Origin: Candidatus Nanoanaerosalina halalkaliphila
GTDB taxonomy: Archaea > Nanohalarchaeota > Nanosalinia > Nanosalinales > Nanoanaerosalinaceae
Reading direction: 5' to 3'
Length of the DNA: 50,720 nt
Assembly (NCBI GenBank): GCA_022729335.1
Contig: JALDAE010000002.1
Coordinates: forward strand, 1 to 50,720
The translations under genes were made by a program, and so were the position numbers. Of this stretch, positions 29,412 to 36,479 are shown piece after piece. Below the pieces are notes generated by a model. It was not told where the DNA came from. It made no database searches and saw nothing but the letters and a program-made list of their open reading frames with translations. Each line of letters starts with the position of its first letter. Position 1 is the stretch's first letter.

Positions 29412-30189
29412 CTATCCGATCCACACTTTTCTCCCTGAATAGAAGGTCTCCGACTGCTTTAATAATTTTTTCGGGGTTTTCTCGTTTCCAGACGTTCCTC
29501 CCAACAGCGGTTCCATTGCAACCTGCAGAAATAGAGTTTTCAAGCACTTCAAGGAATTCTCTATCCGTTTTAACAGAGCCTCCGGAAACCACAACATCCA
29601 TGTCACCGGTGACCTTTGTGACCTGTTCCATGTTTTCTTGAGATCCTGTGTATTTCACTTTCACCATGTCAGCTCCCAGTTCAAGGCCTATCCTGGCACC
29701 GTAACTGACAACTTCGGGAGTTGTATCATCCTCTATGTCTTTTCCACGCGGATAAGCCCATACCACGACCGGGATATCGTACTCTCTTGCCTTCTCCTGA
29801 ACCATCCTGAAATCCTCAAACATCCTTTCCTCTGTTCTGGAACCAGGATACAAGGTGTATCCCAGAGCATCAGCTCCTAAATCCACGGCTCTTTCAACTG
29901 TGCAGTTCTTGGGAGAGTAAGGAATGTCGTCCTTCATGTCAGTCGTTCCATTAAGTTTTAACAGCAAGTTTACTTCATCCGAGTAATTATGATAATATCT
30001 CTCCGCCAGTCCTTTCTGAACAGCCAGAAGATTGACGTCTTTGTTAGTAGCGAGTTTAAAAACTCTCTCAGGATCCGCAGTTTTCGGTAGTTTTTCGAAA
30101 TCGGACGGTCCGTGCTCCAGTCCGTGGTCGTATGCAAGTATAAACATATTTCCATTATTCTTGAGTCCAGAAAAGCTTTCCTTGTTCAT
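29398..30189 (-). CDS. fba: Class I (DhnA-type) fructose-bisphosphate aldolase
   Basis: LAYDHGLEHGP, WAYPRG, ELGADMVKVKY (Schiff-base Lys), SGG, VGRNVW. Confidence 0.93.
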   Translation of the reverse strand: MNKESFSGLKNNGNMFILAYDHGLEHGPSDFEKLPKTADPERVFKLATNKDVNLLAVQKGLAERYYHNYSDEVNLLLKLNGTTDMKDDIPYSPKNCTVERAVDLGADALGYTLYPGSRTEERMFEDFRMVQEKAREYDIPVVVWAYPRGKDIEDDTTPEVVSYGARIGLELGADMVKVKYTGSQENMEQVTKVTGDMDVVVSGGSVKTDREFLEVLENSISAGCNGTAVGRNVWKRENPEKIIKAVGDLLFREKSVDRIVDEM

Positions 30190-30269
30190 GTAACAAACTT
30201 GTCAACAACCAAATATAAATCTGTCCGGTGGCACCAACTTTAAAACTGTTACCAAGAAATTCAATTGGT

Positions 30270-30344
30270 AGCGGGGTGGAGCAGCCAGGAGTGCTCGTCG
30301 GGCTCATAACCCGGAGGCCGGTGGTTCAAATCCACCCCCCGCTA
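30270..30344 (+). tRNA. Initiator tRNA-Met (CAT); CCA not encoded
   Basis: AGCGGGG/CCCCGCT acceptor with A1:U72; GGG-CTCATAA-CCC anticodon arm with three G-C pairs; GGTGG-TTCAAAT-CCACC T-arm. Confidence 0.97.
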
Positions 30345-30400
30345 TAAGGCCTAAAGTTTTTATTCAGGTAATTACTCGGACATATTTTATCTTTTCTAGT

Positions 30401-33400
30401 TTATTCAATTAGCTCCAGTTCCGGAGAGTCATACAAGGGCTCGCAGACACCTGGTTCTTCGCAGTTATTTGTTATACACTGATCATCATTTTCACATTCC
30501 TGGCCGGTTTCGAGCATGATCTCGATACTTTCAAGATGGTGCTTTCCTTCATTCCCCTGTCTATCTTCGGAATTAAGATGAAGTGCTTTGACATCGTAAT
30601 CATCCCATGACTCCGAGCACTCTATTTCAACAGGCTGTTCTCTTTCACCGTCAAAATTTTCTTCACATATCTTGTTGGAACAATCTTGTTCTTCACATAA
30701 AGATAAAGATTCTATTCCTGATTCTTTGTCAAACGCTTCAGCTTCTATAGTCGCTTCGTCACCTGAAGATACTGTATCCCAGTCCTCTTCACCTTCAACC
30801 AGTACCCTGTAATCCTCAAGTTCAGGAGGATATGTATCTTCTCTCCATATCGGAAAGGATTCATCCTCTTCTTTTTTACATACAAAGTAATCGTCTTCAA
30901 GCATCTCAAGAGAGTATTCGAAATGGTAACTGATTATCTCGTCGGGTATGTTACTGTAATGAGTCGGAGCTCCATCCTCTTGACAGAAAGCTATTTCTTC
31001 CTTGTCATCAGGACACAAAAACTCTTGATCCTCAAAGTTTGAGCCTTCATACTCTTTGTTCAGCCAGCTATCGTCTTCCTCACATCTTCTGAAAACATGG
31101 AAGCTCTCTATTTCCGTGTCCTGTTCTTTACCCATTGCTCCGTCAAACTGCTTGTCAAAAGACTGGTCTTCAAGAGAATCTGTCAAACTTTGATATACAT
31201 CTTCGTCCATTTCTCCATCCTGGTAATCTCCTGTTATGCTGTCTTCAAGTTGATCAAGCGGGCTATTCTCTTCTTCAAAAAGATCTTCAGACCAGTCAAA
31301 TACAAAAGAGTCTTCTGGAGGTCCAAAACCTGCGTCACCTATTTCTGTTCCATCATGGGCCACTCCTTCAAGTTCAACAGTGTTTTCCAGGCAGTCCTCC
31401 CAGTTGTACATACACCTGGCGAAGTTAGTCATGTTAACCTGCTCAAGTGCTCTCCAGTTCCAAGAAGTATCAAGGATCTGTTCATAGATCACATCCATTT
31501 TTAGGTAACCGTGGTATCCTTCTTCATCCTCAACCAGCCATGACTCTGTTTCAATCTCTATCTCGTATTCCCCTGACTCTTCCATGTCTTCAATAGAAAT
31601 TATCCTTATAGTTCTTCCATCGTCTTCTTGTTTCATCGGCGCTCCATCAATTACCCGAGAGTTAACATCAGTCCATTCCCTTATGTATGGAATTATATCG
31701 TCCAGATCTCTATCAGCAATCTCTTCGCCTTTATAAGGTCTTCTATACTCTATGTCGTCTATAACAACCTCGAATTTATTTTCTCCTTCTTCCATATCTC
31801 CTAGAGAAACAATTTCGATTCGTTCTGTTTCGGAAAAGACAGATTCATCAAGTTCTTCGTTGTTGCTGTCTATTATTTCCAAGCGCTCTCCTTCTTCCTT
31901 GTCCAAAAAGTCTTCAGCGACATCTATATCGTCTTCGTTAAAATCAGAAACATTGGAAACTGTGCCGTCTTCAACACTCGAGTATCCCATATCCAGTCCT
32001 CCGGTGTCAACCTCGATGAAATAAGGATCTTTTTCCTCGACCTCCTCCGAACCCGAGCTAACTACCTCATTGAAAGTATCGATGGTGACATAATTCAGTC
32101 TATCCGTGTCTTCAAGCCCGCAATAATCTTCAAAAGTGCTAATTTCGTTTTCAAATTCGGATTCAATCTCGTATATATCATCAAACTCTAGTTCAGAATC
32201 TCTTATATCTACTTCGCAGCTCTCGGATAAAACCCTTGTAATGGTTGTATCTTCATCCATCTCTACCTGATCATCGTCCGGATCCGGTGCCTCGGCACCC
32301 ATAAGGTAATCAGGTCCAAGCCATAAATCCTCAAGACTCAGGCCATCGTGCTGCCCTTCAGCTATCTCCGTAATGTTGTACCTGTCACCTTCATCAAAAT
32401 CTTCTCCCGGCAACTCTAGATTTTCCTCTTCCACCACCTTGTTAAGAGCTTCGGCGAATCTTTCTCGCCAAGCCCATAGACGATAACTTCTTAACTCGTT
32501 TTCAGGTTCGTAAACAAGTTTAAAAGATTTCTGCGAAGGCATTTCGATTTCATCAAGCCTTCCGAACTGATCACCGTCATCTCCGTAATACACGTTGTGG
32601 TGAGCCGCATAAAGACCTGTTTTCTCTGTGTATCCTTCGCCGTAAACCTCATCTATATCTATACTGTCATCCAAAGTCATTTCATTTTGAAGCCTGGCAA
32701 AAGGCACTCTGTTCATACACGCCAAAATAGTCATATACATGCTCAAATACATATCTTGCTCAGATTCAAACGCAGGAGTACCTATGGAAGCGTAACCTCC
32801 TGGACTCAAACTGTAACCTGTGTTTATATCTCCGGTCGGATGTCTCTGTGAAAGTCCTTGTATAGATGGACAAACCGAATCGTCCTCGTTAACAGAAATA
32901 CTTTCGAGTGTGTTAAGGTTCATACTTTCTATTTTTTCCTGGTCAAGAAACGGGGCGTCTTGGTGTTCGGACGGAATGCTCGTTCCATCTGAAACAGCAA
33001 CATCCTCCTCAGGATCTCCACAGACCATTTGAACTCCACCTCCTCCCAAATCCAGTTCATCCCTATCTACTGTCTCTATGTGAGACGTTGCTCCGCTACC
33101 ACAGTCATGCCTATTACCAACCACATCTGGATCGTATAATATAGGGTCTTCAGGAGTTCCACATACCTTGAGGCTATCAACATCATTAGGCATATCGTCG
33201 GAGTCCTCGAGCGAACCATCCCATCCCGAGCCTATGTTGTCATTGGGATCAAAAGCATGCCTCATGAAATACTCGACATCTCCTTCGGGATACACTTCTC
33301 CGTCCTCGTTCCATTGACTGACATAATCATCCCATGAACCATCGAATTCCTCCCATTCCTGGGGCTGGGGACAGTCATCGAAGGAAGAAATCCTGTCATC

Positions 33401-33622
33401 GGTCGTACAATACTGGATAGGTCGATCATCAACAACTCTGTATATCTGATCACAGTAATAGAGTTCGCCGTCTATTATTCCGTCTTGACATCCTGTAAGG
33501 TAGTGAAGGGCGTCAACTGTCCTGTCCCCCGGAGGAGAAGGAGCAGCAGGATCGGCGTTTACGAATGTTAAACCAAAAACGAATAAAAACACCATAAAAA
33601 CAACTAATTTTCCTCCTTTCAT
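30401..33622 (-). CDS. Very acidic, Cys-rich secreted protein (1073 aa)
   Basis: Signal peptide; extreme D/E content; C-terminal Ig-like segment and CxxDDQCxxxxCxxxxxC motif. Confidence 0.8.
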   Translation of the reverse strand: MKGGKLVVFMVFLFVFGLTFVNADPAAPSPPGDRTVDALHYLTGCQDGIIDGELYYCDQIYRVVDDRPIQYCTTDDRISSFDDCPQPQEWEEFDGSWDDYVSQWNEDGEVYPEGDVEYFMRHAFDPNDNIGSGWDGSLEDSDDMPNDVDSLKVCGTPEDPILYDPDVVGNRHDCGSGATSHIETVDRDELDLGGGGVQMVCGDPEEDVAVSDGTSIPSEHQDAPFLDQEKIESMNLNTLESISVNEDDSVCPSIQGLSQRHPTGDINTGYSLSPGGYASIGTPAFESEQDMYLSMYMTILACMNRVPFARLQNEMTLDDSIDIDEVYGEGYTEKTGLYAAHHNVYYGDDGDQFGRLDEIEMPSQKSFKLVYEPENELRSYRLWAWRERFAEALNKVVEEENLELPGEDFDEGDRYNITEIAEGQHDGLSLEDLWLGPDYLMGAEAPDPDDDQVEMDEDTTITRVLSESCEVDIRDSELEFDDIYEIESEFENEISTFEDYCGLEDTDRLNYVTIDTFNEVVSSGSEEVEEKDPYFIEVDTGGLDMGYSSVEDGTVSNVSDFNEDDIDVAEDFLDKEEGERLEIIDSNNEELDESVFSETERIEIVSLGDMEEGENKFEVVIDDIEYRRPYKGEEIADRDLDDIIPYIREWTDVNSRVIDGAPMKQEDDGRTIRIISIEDMEESGEYEIEIETESWLVEDEEGYHGYLKMDVIYEQILDTSWNWRALEQVNMTNFARCMYNWEDCLENTVELEGVAHDGTEIGDAGFGPPEDSFVFDWSEDLFEEENSPLDQLEDSITGDYQDGEMDEDVYQSLTDSLEDQSFDKQFDGAMGKEQDTEIESFHVFRRCEEDDSWLNKEYEGSNFEDQEFLCPDDKEEIAFCQEDGAPTHYSNIPDEIISYHFEYSLEMLEDDYFVCKKEEDESFPIWREDTYPPELEDYRVLVEGEEDWDTVSSGDEATIEAEAFDKESGIESLSLCEEQDCSNKICEENFDGEREQPVEIECSESWDDYDVKALHLNSEDRQGNEGKHHLESIEIMLETGQECENDDQCITNNCEEPGVCEPLYDSPELELIE

Positions 33623-35040
33623 CTTTTATCACCCAACATCTTGTAACCCAACAAAACAACTGCTATTAATCCTATAGCTGCCACAAGACCTATCCTCCAA
33701 TATTCATCGTCTTCCTCGGGCTCTTCTGTTTCTTCGTCTTCTTCTTCAAACGTTCTTACAAAATAGGATTCCTTTTCCGGTTCCTCTTCGACACCTCTAC
33801 AATCATAACATCCCATCTCATACTCTTGTTTTGTACATACACCGTCCATAACGCATTCTCCTCTTTCCCGAACATATCCGTCTTCAGTCAGAACTCTGTC
33901 AGGGATTAGCTCGCTGTATTCTTCCTCGTAGACATCAAAAACGAGATCGTCCTTCCCAAGTTCGATCCTCAATACATATTCTTCGAGGTCTTCCGGGACC
34001 TCGAATCCGAACTCGAAGTCTTCGGGTTGAAAAGGTAGCCTATCAATAGTTTTCTCTTCACTGATTACGACTTCATCTTCTTTCAATATTTCAAGATTTA
34101 GAAATGCGTTTTCAACCGTACTAACACCATCAGCAGGACCTACTATCGTAACTTCGGAGCCGAAATATTCTCCTTCTTTGTAGACATCCTCGTAATTTCT
34201 TACTTCTGTAATGCTTCCTCCTTCACCACCTATTACAAGCCTAACAGATCCTCCTGTCATCCTATCTCCGTCTTCATTATTGATTACTGTTTCTACTTCA
34301 TACGTGCCTGGTTGATTCATCGAAGTTTCCAGTGTATACACTTTTTCCTCTCCAGGATCTAAAGAGCCTATTTGTTCCTCAAATTCTCTTATGTCTTTAT
34401 CTTTAGTGGAATATGTTGGTCTTATCTTTGTTTCAGCGCTTAATTCAACAGAACTATCTCCAGGGTTTACTATTTCAGCCCTTATATCGAACTCGGAACC
34501 AGGTAGAACTGTTTCGCCGTGTGTGCCATAGGATGGTTGTCTTCTGGTCACAACAGAGTCTCCCTGTGTAATTATCTGTTCGTAAACCAGGTAAACACCG
34601 GAACTGCCTAACTCAACTACATCAGTCACCTCCTCGTTTTCTATGTATACCTCTTCCTGGATAAAAGCCACAGGAATTCCGCTGCTTGATTCGACCCTAT
34701 AAATTAACTCGTACTCTCCCTCGGGTATATCAGAAGGTATTTCTTCTTCTATCTCGACTAGTCTGAGCTCCCTTGAAGCAAGATCTATGTCTTCCTCAAG
34801 CACTGTTTCAAAAACCACGCTATTATCAGATTCTCTCTGCAAGAACGCATAAACATTAAGCCCTACTTGAGGGCCGTCTCCATGGTTTAAAATATTTGCT
34901 CGGCCTTCTAATGTTTCTCCAGCATTATAAACAGGTTCATCAACTTCTAAACCTCTAAAACTAATATCAAAGGATGTCGCAGTTGCCGCAGAAAAAGTTA
35001 ATAAGACGCCGATAGCCAAGATAAATGCTTTGCATTTCAT
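33619..35040 (-). CDS. Membrane-anchored surface protein with Ig/CARDB-like domains
   Basis: Signal peptide; YNAGETL and GEYEL beta-sandwich patterns; CVMDGVC..EY..GCYDC; C-terminal TM helix; stop overlaps the start of the 1073-aa gene. Confidence 0.8.
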   Translation of the reverse strand: MKCKAFILAIGVLLTFSAATATSFDISFRGLEVDEPVYNAGETLEGRANILNHGDGPQVGLNVYAFLQRESDNSVVFETVLEEDIDLASRELRLVEIEEEIPSDIPEGEYELIYRVESSSGIPVAFIQEEVYIENEEVTDVVELGSSGVYLVYEQIITQGDSVVTRRQPSYGTHGETVLPGSEFDIRAEIVNPGDSSVELSAETKIRPTYSTKDKDIREFEEQIGSLDPGEEKVYTLETSMNQPGTYEVETVINNEDGDRMTGGSVRLVIGGEGGSITEVRNYEDVYKEGEYFGSEVTIVGPADGVSTVENAFLNLEILKEDEVVISEEKTIDRLPFQPEDFEFGFEVPEDLEEYVLRIELGKDDLVFDVYEEEYSELIPDRVLTEDGYVRERGECVMDGVCTKQEYEMGCYDCRGVEEEPEKESYFVRTFEEEDEETEEPEEDDEYWRIGLVAAIGLIAVVLLGYKMLGDKR

Positions 35041-35105
35041 TATTTATTATTTAATCAAAGTTATTTAAAAAATATACGAGAGGCCGGCAAGGACTCCCGC
35101 TATAG

Positions 35106-35165
35106 AAAGGCTCTGGTCAATCCTACAAAGGCTCTGGTCAATTCAACAATTTATTCTCTGGTCAA
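35106..35165. repeat. Three direct repeats of CTCTGGTCAA
   Basis: Copies at 35111, 35132 and 35156; the first two extend to AAAGGCTCTGGTCAAT. Confidence 0.85.
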
Positions 35166-35174
35166 ACGCCGGCT

Positions 35175-35357
35175 TTAAAGATCGGACACATACTCCCTAA
35201 AATGCTTCTTACACAACACAATATTATCAGATCCATCATGCAGCACGTTCTTAAACGAAGTAGTTCTACCGCAGACTTCACATTCATATCGAACGCTTTT
35301 ACCGCTGTTTTGAGCTTTTTCTGGCATACTTGTTTCCAAAACTTTTGTTCCTTGCAT
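35175..35357 (-). CDS. Small zinc-finger protein (CxxC...CxxH), 60 aa
   Basis: CEVCG and LCKKH motifs; strong GAGGAGG RBS upstream. Confidence 0.7.
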   Translation of the reverse strand: MQGTKVLETSMPEKAQNSGKSVRYECEVCGRTTSFKNVLHDGSDNIVLCKKHFREYVSDL

Positions 35358-35375
35358 TTTTCTCCCTCCTCGGGA

Positions 35376-35507
35376 TACTGCCCACCCGGTTCGAACAGGT
35401 AGCTCCGGAGGTACGGTGTGTTTCCAGGGACCAAGAAAAAATCGGTCCTCCTCCCTGCTGTGCGGTACGGAGGTATACAGCCAACAGGGAGGTTACACCA
35501 GAGCAGT
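35376..35507 (-). ncRNA. tRNA-like structured RNA with an expanded D-loop and a truncated anticodon arm
   Basis: ACTGCTC/GGGCAGT acceptor plus A; GTGT/ACAC D-stem with TGGAA; ACCTG-TTCGAAC-CGGGT T-arm; G-U pairs favour the minus strand. Confidence 0.6.
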
Positions 35508-35534
35508 TATGAAATATTTATTTGAGAAGTAATT

Positions 35535-35693
35535 TTCGACCGCCCCCTTCCGTTCCGGGTTTAGTCCCGGAAGGTCAAAGACGGGCTACTTTTTATTATC
35601 CCCACACAATATTCAGCAGGTAGTGTGTCGGGATAGCTGAGGCTCTGTGGAATCTCTTCATAAACTTCTTGGTTCCACAGGTTTTAGCCTCAG
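35535..35693. other. Cluster of three strong stem-loops (structured leader or ncRNA)
   Basis: TTCCGGG/CCCGGAA (35553-35572); TATCCC-CACAC/GTGTG-GGGATA (35597-35635); CTGAGGCT-CTGTGGAA/TTCCACAG-AGCCTCAG (35637-35693). Confidence 0.65.
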
Positions 35694-35732
35694 TCTGAAA
35701 CATCTTGAATCTATGTTAAGATATACTCCACA

Positions 35733-35750
35733 CCTTTAAAAAGGTTCGGG
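35733..35750 (-). promoter_or_regulatory. Putative BRE/TATA promoter driving the structured RNA/zinc-finger transcript
   Basis: Minus strand reads CCCGAACC-TTTTTAAA; predicted start ~35710. Confidence 0.45.
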
Positions 35751-35851
35751 AGAGTCTCCAGCCGGTTAACAAATGTTTATTGCGCTCTACCATGTTTAAA
35801 AAACCGGTCCTGACAAGAATATTAAAGAGGTTCCTCCCAACATTATAGCTT

Positions 35852-36382
35852 ATGTGGGAACCAAACTCAGGTGTGGTGGTGGTAGATTTCCAGAAGGAGT
35901 GGAAGCAGAACGATTCTATTTACCATCTGGGAAGGACCAACATCGTGGAGAAGAAGTGTAGAACGCTTGTTCATGAAGCCCAGAAGAACTCTTCTCCGGT
36001 TGCCTACACAAAAAAACTAGGAAGGGAAGACGAGGAGGCTTTTTCTGAAGATACAGAAAATACAGATATCATAGAGGAACTTCCTGATGAAGGAGTGGAG
36101 ACATTCGAAAGGAAGAACTGGGACCCTTTCATAAACACGAGACTGGAAACTTTTTTGAAAGATATGAATGTCGGTCACCTGTACATAGCAGGGATGGCCG
36201 TAAATGCAGGAGTCAGAGAATGTGTCGAATCCGCTTTCAACAGAGGTTACTCGGTTACTTTGGTGAAGGACTGCTGTCTTGCAGAGACGTCGGAGGAGAT
36301 GCAGTTCACGGTGAAGGATCTGCAGAAATATAGGTTTATCACTGTAAAGACATTAAAGCAGGTTATCGAACAATCATGGTAA
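35852..36382 (+). CDS. Isochorismatase/cysteine hydrolase family protein
   Basis: VVVVDFQ, DPFINTRLE, YIAGMAVNAGV, AFNRGYSVTLVKDC. Confidence 0.85.
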   Translation: MWEPNSGVVVVDFQKEWKQNDSIYHLGRTNIVEKKCRTLVHEAQKNSSPVAYTKKLGREDEEAFSEDTENTDIIEELPDEGVETFERKNWDPFINTRLETFLKDMNVGHLYIAGMAVNAGVRECVESAFNRGYSVTLVKDCCLAETSEEMQFTVKDLQKYRFITVKTLKQVIEQSW

Positions 36383-36439
36383 CAAATGCTTTCTTGTGCC
36401 AAAAAATATTATTTAACGACCCCCATTAATATTTAAAGT

Positions 36440-36458
36440 CCGAAAAAACTTTTTTCGG
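36440..36458. promoter_or_regulatory. 19-bp palindrome between TATA and RBS of pdhA; candidate operator
   Basis: CCGAAAAAA-C-TTTTTTCGG immediately after TTTAAA (36432-36437). Confidence 0.5.
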
Positions 36459-36479
36459 CCCTGAGGAGTTGATATAATT

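Larger units (their letters stand above)
30338..35104. mobile_element. Putative decayed genomic island integrated at the tRNA-iMet 3' end
   Basis: GAGGCCGG (30314/35080) and CCCGCTATA (30338/35096) are duplicated on both sides of two surface-protein genes; no integrase seen. Confidence 0.5.

Noticed and set aside
35376..35507. Canonical tRNA with a D-loop intron
   Set aside because: No bulge-helix-bulge at the insert borders, and the anticodon arm is 5 nt too short even after removing the insert.
35162..35512. Overlapping ORFs 35162-35434(-), 35299-35484(-), 35330-35512(+) and 35202-35402(+)
   Set aside because: Atypical composition and no RBS; better explained by the RNA structure and the 60-aa zinc-finger ORF.
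35376..35710. RNase P RNA or SRP RNA identity for the structured region (AACGGAAGGGGGC resembles the RNase P 3' conserved region)
   Set aside because: No GAGGAAAGUCC-type 5' P4 strand, and no SRP helix-8 CAGG-GNRA-AGCA arrangement.
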